A program made the position numbers and the translations under genes. From positions 3,488,001 to 3,552,000 of the forward strand of contig OY761158.1 of assembly GCA_963664405.1 (NCBI GenBank): a stretch of 64,000 bases of DNA. The letters are read 5' to 3'. Shown in pieces: positions 46,568 through 56,156 of this stretch; position 1 is the first letter of the stretch; every line of letters starts with the position of its first letter. Origin of the DNA: Thermoanaerobaculia bacterium (GTDB lineage Bacteria > Acidobacteriota > Thermoanaerobaculia > Multivoradales > Multivoraceae). The notes beneath the pieces were generated by a model. It made no database searches and was not told the DNA's origin. It saw nothing but the letters and a program-made list of their open reading frames with translations.

Positions 46568-47427
46568 ATGACGGCGATAACCGAGATGCCCCACAACAAC
46601 GAATTGAGCAGCGAGGGAGGATCGTAGAGAATCGTCTCGGTAGGATTGCGCTCGTCGTCGACCTGATACACGAGGTACAGGTATCGAAAGATCCCGAAGA
46701 GAGCGAAGGGCAGCGTATAGATGAGGGCTTTGGTTTGGAACTTGTCCACCGTCTCCGGTGCCAGAGTGTAGAGGGCATAAGTGAGAATCGTCGACGCGGT
46801 GACGACGTTGATCATCTGGTCGAGGAAAGTAGGACTGTAGTGGATCAGCACCTGTCGTTGGTCGGCAGCGTCTTCGGTCAGGAGAAGTAGCTCGTGCCTA
46901 CGCTTGGAGAAGGCCAGAAAGAGGGCAACGAAGGTCGTGCAGAGTAACAGCCAGGCAGAGACTTCGACATCGATGGCGGCGCCGCCCGCCTCGACGCGCA
47001 GGACGTATCCGAATGCCAAGACCATGACGTCGACAATGACCACGTTCTTGAGGCCGAAGGAGTAAGCCACATTCAGCCCCAGATAGACCAACAAGATGAG
47101 CGTAAAGCTCAATCCGAGCGCTGCTGCCCCGGCAAGCCCGGCGGTGGTGAGTACGACCGCTGCGGCGATGCCTGCGGCCGGGCTCAGTTGGCCGGAGGCC
47201 AACGGCCGGAGGCGCTTTCTTGGGTGAAGGCGATCTCGTTCACGATCGCGCAGATCGTTGAGCAGGTAAACAGCGCTCGCGGCGGCGCTAAAAACGACGA
47301 AAGAGGCGAGGGCGCGAGCTACGAGCCCGGGCTGGGAGAGACCCTCTGCGAAGACGAGAGGGGCGAGAACGAAAACGTTCTTGACCCACTGGGTGGGCCG
47401 CATGGAGATCAGGAGAGGGCGGATCAC
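46555..47427 (-). CDS. Decaprenyl-phosphate phosphoribosyltransferase (UbiA family, Rv3806c/NoeC-like)
   Basis: MRPTQWVKNVFV, YLLNDLRDRERDRLHPRKRLRPLASG, KRRHEL, GIFRY, PTE. Confidence 0.9.
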   Translation of the reverse strand: MIRPLLISMRPTQWVKNVFVLAPLVFAEGLSQPGLVARALASFVVFSAAASAVYLLNDLRDRERDRLHPRKRLRPLASGQLSPAAGIAAAVVLTTAGLAGAAALGLSFTLILLVYLGLNVAYSFGLKNVVIVDVMVLAFGYVLRVEAGGAAIDVEVSAWLLLCTTFVALFLAFSKRRHELLLLTEDAADQRQVLIHYSPTFLDQMINVVTASTILTYALYTLAPETVDKFQTKALIYTLPFALFGIFRYLYLVYQVDDERNPTETILYDPPSLLNSLLWGISVIAVIYLS

Positions 47428-47462
47428 GCCGCCTATTATCCATCAGGCGGCTTCTTCACCCG

Positions 47463-49823
47463 ATGAAGCGACTCCCGTTTCTCTACGTCCTTCCCACGCT
47501 GGCGCTGCTGATCGGCGCCCTGGGGCCGGTGATCGTCGGCAGCAAGACCCTTTATCTTCGTGACTTCCTGAACTATCACCTGACGGTGAAGCAGGGCCAG
47601 GCCAAAGCCATGGTCGAGGGGTACCTGCCGCTGGTCGACTCGCAGCGTGCGGGCGGGCAGGCTGTGGTCGGCAACCTCAATAACGTTGCGCTCTACCCGG
47701 ACAATCTTCTTTATCTGTTCGCCTCGCCGCTGTGGGCGCTCAATGCTCATATGTGGCTCCACCTGCTTCTCGCCCCCTTCGCGCTCTACTGGCTTGCCCG
47801 CGAGTGGGGGCTTGGCAATCGTGCGGCTTGGGTCGCCGGATGTCTCTACGCGGTCTCCGGCTACTTCTTGTCGCAGATGAACTTGTACAACCTGATGGCC
47901 GGCACGGCCCTAGCGCCGGCTCTGGTGGCAGCCAGCCTAAACACCTTCAGGAGTGCTCGCCCCGCCCGCGGCGTGGTGGCAGTGGGAGCTCTGTGGTCGC
48001 TCCTCGTGCTCGGCGGAGAGCCCACTCTGGGCATGTTCGCGCTCTTGCTCGCGGTGAGCGCGTGCGTTTTCCGGGGCGGTGGAAGCCGGCGAAAGTGGGT
48101 CCTTCTCGGCGCTGCCATTGCTTGCGGGAGCTTGTTGGCTCTGCCTCAATTGGTCGAGACGCTGCGCATCCTCCCCGGCTCCTACCGAGGGGCGCGAGGC
48201 TATTCGCCGGAGACTCGTCTGATCCGCAGCTGGGACCCTCGATACTTGATCGAGTGGATCGTTCCCCTCTTCTATGGGCCGCCGGACTTTCGCTACTGGG
48301 GAAACCGAGTTCTCGGCCTCTCTACGCCCCTCTACTATTCTCTGTACCCGGGCGTCCTGAGCCTCGCGCTCGTTTTCTCAGCCCGTCGCCCTCACACCCG
48401 ATTCGAAAAGTGGGCGTGGGCCACCACGGCTGTTGGCTTTCTATTGGCCCTCGGGGGGTGGAACCCGATCCTGTTCTTTGTTTACCAGCTACCTGTGCTG
48501 AGCGCGCTCCGCTTTCCGATCAAGGCGTGGATCCTGCTGGCCATTGGCGCTTCACTGCTCGGCGGTGTTAGCTATGAGCGCTGCGTCCTCGGCGCGGAGT
48601 CTCGGCGCTTGGCGACCCGTCTCGCGGTACTTGCAGTGATCGTGTTCTCGGTCTGGATCGGGCTCATTCTGCAAGCCGATGAGGCGGCCCTTACCCTCAC
48701 CGAGCTCAGCGGCAGGCCCACCGGTTTCGGAGAGGCCGAGGTTGAGCGCTGGAGCAGCTCATTGTTAGCTTCTCTCGGCCTGCTCGGCGGCTATTTGGTG
48801 TTGCTGGCCTTGCGTCGGCGAATGCCAAGGCTGGCTTCGCCGGCTATCCTTTGGCTCCATGTGGTGAGCCAGCTCTGGTTGCTTCAGCCGCTGATCTCTA
48901 CCGATTCCACCACTGCCTACAGGGATCCGCCGCCGGCGCTCGACTACGTAAGGCTCGACGAGCGTGTGGCCCAAGGCTGCAGCTTCAAATTTGCCTGCGA
49001 TCTCGGCGGTCCGCAGGACTATTCCGACCCTCGTATGCTGTGGGTCGAGAGGCGAGCTTTCACAGAATTGTTCCCCTTTTCCGGAGTGCGCTGGGGCTTG
49101 TCCTACTCCTTTGACTCCTCGCCCGATGGCCTTGATTCGATGTGGGTACATGCCGGGAACAAGGCCTTTCGCCATCTCGACGATGCGAGCGCGGTTCGTC
49201 TGCTGGCGGTCTCCGGTGTCGATGTTCTGCTGGTAAACCGCGAGCTTGGAGAGGAAGCACTTCGAGCCGTTCGCTTGCGCACCCACTTGACGACGGCCGG
49301 CAGCGGAGTGTGGATCTACGAGATCCTCGACGCTGCGGAGGAGGCTCAGTTGGTAGGCCGGGTTCGCTCAGGTCAGATGCGGCTCGACGAGCTGAGCGGC
49401 GAGGGTGTCGATCCACGCAACGAGGTCTTTCTGCCCGGCCGAGCCCCCAGTTCGAGAGATGGCCGCCGAGGCGCTGTTAAAAGTCTAGCGGCGGGCCGCG
49501 AGGAGTGGATCTTCGAGACTCAGGGGGAGACAGAAGGGGTCCTCGTTCTCACTCGCGCGTTCCTCACTCTCTATCGAGCCAGTGTCGATGGAGAGCCGGT
49601 GACTCCGATCGTGGCCAATATGGGGCAGCTAGCGATCGAAGTTCCCGCAGGCCAGCATCGTGTCCGCCTCTGGGTGGATCGAGAACCCTTCTTATGGTCC
49701 TTCGTGGGGGTCTTCGTCGGTATGCTCGGTCTGGTTGGTCTTGCCGTCATTTGTCGGCGCGCCTCAGCCTCCGCTTTACAGCATGCGGGCCCTGGTGGAG
49801 AATCGCCGCTGAATCTGGAATGA
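47463..49823 (+). CDS. YfhO-family GT-C membrane protein
   Basis: RDFLNYH...GYLPL...GGQAVVGN....LYP; many TMs; C-terminal YRASVDG....IVAN....IEVPAGQHRV. Confidence 0.78.
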   Translation: MKRLPFLYVLPTLALLIGALGPVIVGSKTLYLRDFLNYHLTVKQGQAKAMVEGYLPLVDSQRAGGQAVVGNLNNVALYPDNLLYLFASPLWALNAHMWLHLLLAPFALYWLAREWGLGNRAAWVAGCLYAVSGYFLSQMNLYNLMAGTALAPALVAASLNTFRSARPARGVVAVGALWSLLVLGGEPTLGMFALLLAVSACVFRGGGSRRKWVLLGAAIACGSLLALPQLVETLRILPGSYRGARGYSPETRLIRSWDPRYLIEWIVPLFYGPPDFRYWGNRVLGLSTPLYYSLYPGVLSLALVFSARRPHTRFEKWAWATTAVGFLLALGGWNPILFFVYQLPVLSALRFPIKAWILLAIGASLLGGVSYERCVLGAESRRLATRLAVLAVIVFSVWIGLILQADEAALTLTELSGRPTGFGEAEVERWSSSLLASLGLLGGYLVLLALRRRMPRLASPAILWLHVVSQLWLLQPLISTDSTTAYRDPPPALDYVRLDERVAQGCSFKFACDLGGPQDYSDPRMLWVERRAFTELFPFSGVRWGLSYSFDSSPDGLDSMWVHAGNKAFRHLDDASAVRLLAVSGVDVLLVNRELGEEALRAVRLRTHLTTAGSGVWIYEILDAAEEAQLVGRVRSGQMRLDELSGEGVDPRNEVFLPGRAPSSRDGRRGAVKSLAAGREEWIFETQGETEGVLVLTRAFLTLYRASVDGEPVTPIVANMGQLAIEVPAGQHRVRLWVDREPFLWSFVGVFVGMLGLVGLAVICRRASASALQHAGPGGESPLNLE

Positions 49824-49836
49824 GGAGGAGTATGGT

Positions 49837-51375
49837 TTGGATCGAGTCCTCGTAGTCAACCGCGGTGAGATCGCGGTTCGGGTGGTCCGCGCACTAAGAG
49901 AGCTGAATATTCGCTCCGCCGTCGTGTACTCGACCGTTGATCGTGCCGAGCTTCCAGTGCTGCTGGCGGACGAGGCCTATTGGATCGGCGAGGCGTCGGC
50001 GAGCTCGAGTTACTTGAAGGCACAGGAGATCGTCGATCTGGCGAAAGAGATCGGCGCGGATGCCATCCACCCCGGCTATGGGTTCCTGTCTGAGAACGCG
50101 GCCTTCGCGGGCTCGTGCCAGGAGGCCGGTATCACCTTCATCGGCCCGACCCCCGAGGCCATCGCTTCTATGGGATCGAAGATCGAGAGCCGCCGTCTGG
50201 TTCGGGCTGCCGGCGTTCCAGTGGTTCCGGGCGGGGACGATTCCTTGCCTGACTTGACGGCGGCGGAGCGAGAGGCCGAGAAGATCGGTTATCCGGTGAT
50301 GCTCAAGGCAACCGCCGGCGGCGGCGGCAAGGGGATGCGCCTGGTCCGAAGCGCAGACCAGCTGGCGTCGGCATTCCGAGCCGCCCGCTCTGAGGCGGAG
50401 GCGAGTTTCGGTGACGATGCCGTCTACCTCGAGAAATTCGTCGAGGGCCCGCGCCACATAGAGATCCAGATTCTAGGCGACCTTGCCGGCAACGTGTTTT
50501 CGCTCGGCGAGCGGGAGTGCTCGCTCCAGCGCCGGCATCAGAAGGTCGTAGAAGAGGCACCCTCACCGATTATGACTTCGGAGCTTCGCCGCCGGATGGG
50601 TGAAGCGGCAGTCGATGCAGCTCGCTCGGTTGGCTATACCGGGGCCGGTACTGTGGAGTTCCTTCTGGACAGGCATGGCGACTTTTACTTTCTCGAGGTC
50701 AATACCAGACTTCAGGTCGAGCACCCGGTTACCGAGCTGGTGACAGGCGTCGATCTGGTGGAGGCTCAACTCCGCATCGCGCAAGGTGAGGATCTGGACC
50801 CCAATTGGGAAAGCATGTTGCCGAGCGGGCATGCGATCGAGGTTCGAGTCTACGCTGAGGATCCGTATCGTGGCTTCGCCCCGTCTCCTGGCACGATAGA
50901 CCTGCTCCGTTTGCCTGAGGGTCCCGGCGTTCGCAACGACTTCGGCGTGAGAGAAGGCTCCCAGGTGACGATCAACTACGATCCCATGCTCGGCAAACTG
51001 ATTGTATGGGGTCGAAATCGGGACCAGGCCCTGCGACGACTCGGAAGGGCGCTGCACGAGCTGCGAATCGAAGGTGTTCAAACGACGGCCTCCCTGTACA
51101 GGGAGTTGCTGCGAGACCCCGACTTTTGTGCGGGGCGACTGGACATTGAAATGTTGGAGCGCAAGATTCAGAGTGGCGAGCTCGACCCGACGCCGGGCGA
51201 CCAGGGTCTCCCGCTCGGAGCCATCGCGGCTGCAATCGAGCATTTCGAGCGGGTTACGCAGAGAGCGGTTTCGTTTCCCGCCGGCCGCGAAGGCAGCTCT
51301 GTGAGCGGTAGCCGCTTGCGCTGGCGTGAGCAGGCTCGCCGTGAGGCATTGAGGGGTGGCTCGTGGAGCTTGTGA
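49837..51375 (+). CDS. accC: Biotin carboxylase of an acyl-CoA carboxylase
   Basis: NRGEIAVR, IHPGYGFLSENA, GGGGKGMR, ERECSLQRRHQK, EVNTRLQVEHPVTE. Confidence 0.93.
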   Translation: MDRVLVVNRGEIAVRVVRALRELNIRSAVVYSTVDRAELPVLLADEAYWIGEASASSSYLKAQEIVDLAKEIGADAIHPGYGFLSENAAFAGSCQEAGITFIGPTPEAIASMGSKIESRRLVRAAGVPVVPGGDDSLPDLTAAEREAEKIGYPVMLKATAGGGGKGMRLVRSADQLASAFRAARSEAEASFGDDAVYLEKFVEGPRHIEIQILGDLAGNVFSLGERECSLQRRHQKVVEEAPSPIMTSELRRRMGEAAVDAARSVGYTGAGTVEFLLDRHGDFYFLEVNTRLQVEHPVTELVTGVDLVEAQLRIAQGEDLDPNWESMLPSGHAIEVRVYAEDPYRGFAPSPGTIDLLRLPEGPGVRNDFGVREGSQVTINYDPMLGKLIVWGRNRDQALRRLGRALHELRIEGVQTTASLYRELLRDPDFCAGRLDIEMLERKIQSGELDPTPGDQGLPLGAIAAAIEHFERVTQRAVSFPAGREGSSVSGSRLRWREQARREALRGGSWSL

Positions 51376-51869
51376 TCCTCGACCGTGGCGTCGAGCGGCA
51401 CGTTCTCATCGAGCGAGTGAGGGGCGGCTATCGAGTAGAAGTCGATGGGGTGAGTCACGAGGTGGATCAGGCGCGGGCTGGAGGCCGCCTTCGCAGTCTC
51501 CTAATCGAGGGGCGCCAGCATGAGGTTTCGGTTCTCTCCGACGGGAATGGTCGCTATCGTGTAGTCGGGACCGCAGGTGAAGAGGTACTCGAGGTGCGCG
51601 ACCCCCTTACCCATTTGGCTCAGGCAGGAGCCGACGCGGCAGCTACCGGGGTCAAGGCCGTCACCGCCTACATGCCAGGGCGAGTGGTCGCGCTCCTGGT
51701 GAGCGAGGGGGACTTGGTCGAAGCGGGGCAAGGAGTCCTGGTTCTCGAAGCCATGAAGATGGAGAACGAGATCCGCAGCGAGGTGGCCGGGGTGGTATCG
51801 CAGATCCTGGTTGAGCCAGGTCAGTCGGTCGAGGGAGGAGACCCTCTCTTCGAGATCAACGACGACTGA
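51363..51869 (+). CDS. Biotin carboxyl carrier protein (PccA C-terminal type)
   Basis: MPGRVV...LEAMKMENEI. Confidence 0.92.
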   Translation: MELVILDRGVERHVLIERVRGGYRVEVDGVSHEVDQARAGGRLRSLLIEGRQHEVSVLSDGNGRYRVVGTAGEEVLEVRDPLTHLAQAGADAAATGVKAVTAYMPGRVVALLVSEGDLVEAGQGVLVLEAMKMENEIRSEVAGVVSQILVEPGQSVEGGDPLFEINDD

Positions 51870-52876
51870 TCGAGCCACTTCCAGAAGCTCTCTTGCGGAG
51901 TCGCCCTGACTCGCACCTCGACCGGTAGCTTTTTGAGCCGATCCTTCAACTTCGGAAGGTCCTTCGAGGTGACGACCAATATTTCTGTGTGTGCCCGCCG
52001 CAGGGCCCGCTCCACCTTCGCGAGGCTGCTCTGGGGGAAGGAGTGATGGTCGCCGAAGCGTAGGTGCTTTACGACATCTACGCCGAGGCTTTGGACAGTT
52101 TCCGCGACTCGCTCGGGCCGCGCCACGCCGGTAGCTAGGACAACTCGGGTTCCTGCGGACAAGGCGGGCTCGAGCTCGGCGGCCAACCCGGCGGCGAAGG
52201 CGGCACCTCGAAACCCTAGTGGGCGAAGATGGTTGGAGAAATCCTCGCGGTCGCTTTCAGTCACCGGGTTCGCGCCGGTGAGAACCGCCACGTCGGCGTG
52301 GGCGACGGCCTCCAGAGGCTCTCGCAGATCTCCGAATGGGAGGAGCCGCCCCGTTCCCCAGGGTCGGGTCGCTGGGAAGACGAGGAGGTCGACGTCCCGA
52401 GCGAGACGGAGATGTGAGAAGCCGTCGTCGAGCACGAAGACCCCTGGAGTCGGCGACAGTTGCTGCAGCGCCTCTAGGCCGGCTAGAAAGCGGTCCTCCC
52501 CGACCACCACCGGCACCCCCGGAACCAGCTCCGCAAGCATGGCCGGTTCGTCTCCGATGTCCCTGGGGTCGCCGCTCGGCCCTTCTCCAACCGAGGCGAT
52601 TCGGAACCCTGAGGTTCTACGACCGTAGCCCCGTGAAAGCACGGCGGGGCGCTTTCCGGCTTCTCTCAAGTGAGTGGCGATGGCGGCGACCATTGGGGTC
52701 TTGCCACTGCCGCCCAGGTGCAGGTTGCCGACCGAGAGGACGGGCACTGGCAGCCTCCTCGAGTGCTGCCGGTACCAGCTCCTTCGACGTTTGAGTAAGC
52801 CGCCTAACAGCAGTTTCCATGGAGAAAAGGAGTCCGGCGGTGGTTCGACGCCGCTGCCGCCAGTCGGTTGGCTCAC
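51821..52876 (-). CDS. lpxK: Tetraacyldisaccharide 4'-kinase
   Basis: SVGNLHLGGSGKTP, LSRGYG, GDEP, LDDGFSH, LLPFGDLREP, FGDHH, TSKD. Confidence 0.93.
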   Translation of the reverse strand: MSQPTGGSGVEPPPDSFSPWKLLLGGLLKRRRSWYRQHSRRLPVPVLSVGNLHLGGSGKTPMVAAIATHLREAGKRPAVLSRGYGRRTSGFRIASVGEGPSGDPRDIGDEPAMLAELVPGVPVVVGEDRFLAGLEALQQLSPTPGVFVLDDGFSHLRLARDVDLLVFPATRPWGTGRLLPFGDLREPLEAVAHADVAVLTGANPVTESDREDFSNHLRPLGFRGAAFAAGLAAELEPALSAGTRVVLATGVARPERVAETVQSLGVDVVKHLRFGDHHSFPQSSLAKVERALRRAHTEILVVTSKDLPKLKDRLKKLPVEVRVRATPQESFWKWLDQSSLISKRGSPPSTD

Positions 52877-54138
52877 GACTCCAGATCCCCGAGCAGGGGG
52901 CCCAGTAGCGCCAAAGTACGATCGACGGCTCCCCTATTCGCTTCCACGATCGCGGCGGCTTCTGCTCCCATTGCCCTCGCAGATTCTGGATGGTCCAAGA
53001 ATTCGAGCCAGGACGAGGCCAGCTGTGTGGGGTCCAGTACTCGACGCCAAGCCTTGCGAGCGTCTAGTAGCGTCTCGATCTCGCGAAAGTTCTCCATCGA
53101 GGGGCCGGCGGCGATGGGAACGCCGAAGCGTGCCGCTTCCAGAGGATTGTGCCCTCCGGTGGAAACCAGGGTCCCGCCGACAAAGGCGCCGCTGGCAAGA
53201 CGGTAGAGGGGTGAGAGCTCGCCGAGGGTGTCCAGTAAGACGGCGGAAGGCGGCTCGGTGGAGACCGTCCCGCGATCGCCGAGCTGGCTGCGGCGCACGC
53301 TTCGGACTCCCATCTCGGTGAGAAGCTGGTCGACCTCATCACATCTTTCGGGATGGCGTGGCGCTATGACCAGAGTTGCCCGCTCCAGTCCCACTTGCTT
53401 GAAGGCTTCAATCACCAGCTGTTCTTCGCCGGGCATAGTCGATCCTGCAACGAGAATGGGGCGCGACCCAGCCAGCTCTCTGATCTGTTCTTCAAGCTGG
53501 GTGAGGTTGGGGGGATCCGGTGTGTCGAATTTGAGATTGCCAACCGTCTGGACTTTCTCGGCGCCAACGCCGAGATAGAGGAGGCGCTGCTCATCCTCTC
53601 GACTCTGCGCGGCAAACAAGTCGACAGGGCCGAATAGCGGTCTCAGGATGCACCGCAGCCTTCTCAGCCGCCGAAAGTTGCGCCCACTGATGCGGCAGTT
53701 GGCGACCGCGATGGGTAGCGACCGGCGCTCGCAGTGGCTTAGCACCAACGGCCACAGATCCCCTTCGATGATCACCAGGGCGGTAGGGGTGAAGGTGTCG
53801 AAGAAGCGACGGATGGGGAAGCCGAGATCGAAGGGAAAGTAAGCTACATCGGCGCGGTCGCCGAGAGTACGCCGCGCAACCTCCTGGCCGGTTGGAGTGA
53901 CCGTCGTCACGACGAGGCGAAGAGTCTTCGGAAGAGCCCGTATCAGCGTGTTGGCAACCCCCACCTCGCCGACCGAGACTGCGTGCACCCACAGTCTCGG
54001 CTGGCGCTCTACGGCTCGATACTTGCCCAGCCGGCCGGATAGGGTTGGCAGGTAGTGGGAGCTCCGGGTCAGTAGAAGGACCGGCGCGGCTAGGCCCAGT
54101 AGCAGAGCCATCAGAGCCTGGTAAAGGAGCCATGCCAT
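52873..54138 (-). CDS. waaA: Kdo transferase
   Basis: WVHAVSVGEV, GNLKFD, AGST, APRHPER, LDTLGEL, GGHNPLEAA. Confidence 0.95.
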   Translation of the reverse strand: MAWLLYQALMALLLGLAAPVLLLTRSSHYLPTLSGRLGKYRAVERQPRLWVHAVSVGEVGVANTLIRALPKTLRLVVTTVTPTGQEVARRTLGDRADVAYFPFDLGFPIRRFFDTFTPTALVIIEGDLWPLVLSHCERRSLPIAVANCRISGRNFRRLRRLRCILRPLFGPVDLFAAQSREDEQRLLYLGVGAEKVQTVGNLKFDTPDPPNLTQLEEQIRELAGSRPILVAGSTMPGEEQLVIEAFKQVGLERATLVIAPRHPERCDEVDQLLTEMGVRSVRRSQLGDRGTVSTEPPSAVLLDTLGELSPLYRLASGAFVGGTLVSTGGHNPLEAARFGVPIAAGPSMENFREIETLLDARKAWRRVLDPTQLASSWLEFLDHPESARAMGAEAAAIVEANRGAVDRTLALLGPLLGDLES

Positions 54139-54281
54139 ACCTGATGCGCAGTATAATTGGATCCCTGAGCCCTTCCGGCGGGGCCATGTTATCCAGCCGG
54201 AGGGAATGATGGCGATCATTTCCGGAAGTCATGGGCGGTCTCGGACGGATTGGACGTCGGCCGCTCGACAGGCGTATAAGC

Positions 54282-54941
54282 ATGCGGAGAGAGAAATTGC
54301 CCCGACTCGCCTATTCAGAATCGACTGCACGTGCGACTTGCGCCGAAAAGGACGACCGCGCTCTGATGTTGGAGATGCGGGGCGGGGATGAGCTCGCCTT
54401 GGATGAGCTCATGACTCGCAAGACCCAGCCCCTGGTCCAGTATGTCTTTCGCATGCTCGGCGACCTGGAGGAAGCTCGGGACGTCACGCAGCTGACCTTC
54501 TTCAAGGTTTGGCAGAAGCGTTGCGACTACAACCCCCGCTTTACGCCCAATACGTGGATCTACAGGATCGCGACCAACCTTTCCATCGATCTCCTCCGCT
54601 CTCGCCGGAGTCGAATGGCGAGCAATGATTCCCTGAGCCACCACTTCAGACAGGTGGGGCTGCGCCAGCTCAACAAAGAGGCCACTCGGTTGACCAAGGA
54701 CGAGATCCACTCGATCTTTCTGAAACTCGCCGATACCCTGACAGCGAAGCAGCGCGTCATTTTCATCCTTCGCGAAGTCGAGGGGCGCTCCTCTGGCGAG
54801 GTAGCCCAGATTCTCGGTTGCCGTGAGTCGACGATTCGAAACCACCTCTTCAACGCCCGCAAGGTGCTACGCGGAGAGCTGATGCGCCTGCATCCCGAGT
54901 ACGTGCCCGAACACCTTCGCGACGCCGAGGTGAAGTCGTGA
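54282..54941 (+). CDS. ECF sigma factor (start uncertain, 54231-54366)
   Basis: Sigma2 region EARDVTQLTFFKVW...TWIYRIATN; sigma4 region LREVEG....EVAQILG..ESTIRNHLFNAR. Confidence 0.9.
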   Translation: MRREKLPRLAYSESTARATCAEKDDRALMLEMRGGDELALDELMTRKTQPLVQYVFRMLGDLEEARDVTQLTFFKVWQKRCDYNPRFTPNTWIYRIATNLSIDLLRSRRSRMASNDSLSHHFRQVGLRQLNKEATRLTKDEIHSIFLKLADTLTAKQRVIFILREVEGRSSGEVAQILGCRESTIRNHLFNARKVLRGELMRLHPEYVPEHLRDAEVKS

Positions 54942-55438
54942 CGAGGTGTGCTGAGGCTCTAGCGACTCTGAGGGCGGAGAATAGCTGCGAGGAATCGAGA
55001 GACGCGGCCCTCTCTCATACCGACAGCTGCGATGAGTGCCGAAGTGTCGCTCTCGAGCTAGACCCACTCGTTCTCTTTCGTCAGCTACCCCGAGTGGAGC
55101 TCGCCGCGAGCGAGTTGCCTGAGGTCCTCTCGGCGGTGCGAAAGATGCGGCTCCGGCCGAGCTACGCGCCGGATCGGCGGACGCCAAGGGTGGTCTGGTT
55201 GAGTGCCGCACTGATCCTGCTCTGTCTGGGCGTTGTGCTGCAGCCGTCTCTGCCACTGGCAGTGCCTGACAACGAAGACGAGCATCAGGCCGTAGTGGAA
55301 CCTGTATCAGTATCGGATCCTATTGCCTTCGGGTACTTGCCCTCCGTGGAGGCGCTCGAGCCGGCATCCGTATATGTTGCGACTCAGATCGCTGAGGACG
55401 ACCTGACACTCGTCGTTCTGGCGAACGTAGACGTCTAG
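54938..55438 (+). CDS. Zinc-binding (ZAS) transmembrane anti-sigma factor
   Basis: HTDSCDEC (HxxxCxxC), one TM, GTGA overlap with the ECF gene. Confidence 0.8.
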   Translation: MTRCAEALATLRAENSCEESRDAALSHTDSCDECRSVALELDPLVLFRQLPRVELAASELPEVLSAVRKMRLRPSYAPDRRTPRVVWLSAALILLCLGVVLQPSLPLAVPDNEDEHQAVVEPVSVSDPIAFGYLPSVEALEPASVYVATQIAEDDLTLVVLANVDV

Positions 55439-55444
55439 GTGGTC

Positions 55445-56155
55445 ATGGCGCGCGGCTGCATTACTTCCGTCTTCGCATTGGTCTGCTTGGCCGTCGCAGG
55501 TGTCGCCGTGGCCCAAGCGCCGCGCCCGGAAGACGACCCTCTCAAGGTCCATGTCTTCACCTTCGAGCATCAGTCCTCAGAGGATGCTCTTGGAGAGATC
55601 CGGCCCCTCTTTTCCGACCAGGGGACCCTCGAGCTCGGCCCATCGCAAGACACCGTCGTATTGCGCGATCACTCCGGGGAGCTCGAGACCATATTGCGCG
55701 CGCTGCGCGACTTCGATCACCCGCGCCAACAGATACGGCTGGAAGTGCAGCTGCTGAAGGCGTATCGCTCGCCCTTCTCGCCGATTCGCGCCGCAGACGG
55801 TGTCTCGAAAGAGCTTGTGTCAAGGCTCACCTCGATGCTGCGATACGACGGCTACGAGAGTCTCTCAGAGGCCGGCTTTCTCAGCCGCGAGGGAGAAGAG
55901 GTTGCGTACGACTTCGGCGACGATCTCAGTCTCGACTTCCGGATCGGCACCATTGTCCAACAGGACCGCCTCGCTCTGAAAGAGTTCCGCGTGCGTCGGC
56001 CGAGCGATTCGGGAGAGTGGGTCGCCGTGCTGCGGGCCAACCTGGTTCTCCGACTCGGCCAGACACTGGCGCTGGTGCTGCTCCGCGATGAGACTGCGGC
56101 GAGCGCAATCGTCATCGCGGTCACCTGCCATCGCGTAGCCAGCCAAGGCGAGTGA
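55445..56155 (+). CDS. Exported protein with a secretin N3-like domain (short secretin-like protein)
   Basis: Signal peptide; FTFEHQSSEDAL..IRPLFS.....DTVVLRD....LETI...LRDFDHPRQQIRLEVQLL. Confidence 0.6.
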   Translation: MARGCITSVFALVCLAVAGVAVAQAPRPEDDPLKVHVFTFEHQSSEDALGEIRPLFSDQGTLELGPSQDTVVLRDHSGELETILRALRDFDHPRQQIRLEVQLLKAYRSPFSPIRAADGVSKELVSRLTSMLRYDGYESLSEAGFLSREGEEVAYDFGDDLSLDFRIGTIVQQDRLALKEFRVRRPSDSGEWVAVLRANLVLRLGQTLALVLLRDETAASAIVIAVTCHRVASQGE

Positions 56156-56156
56156 C

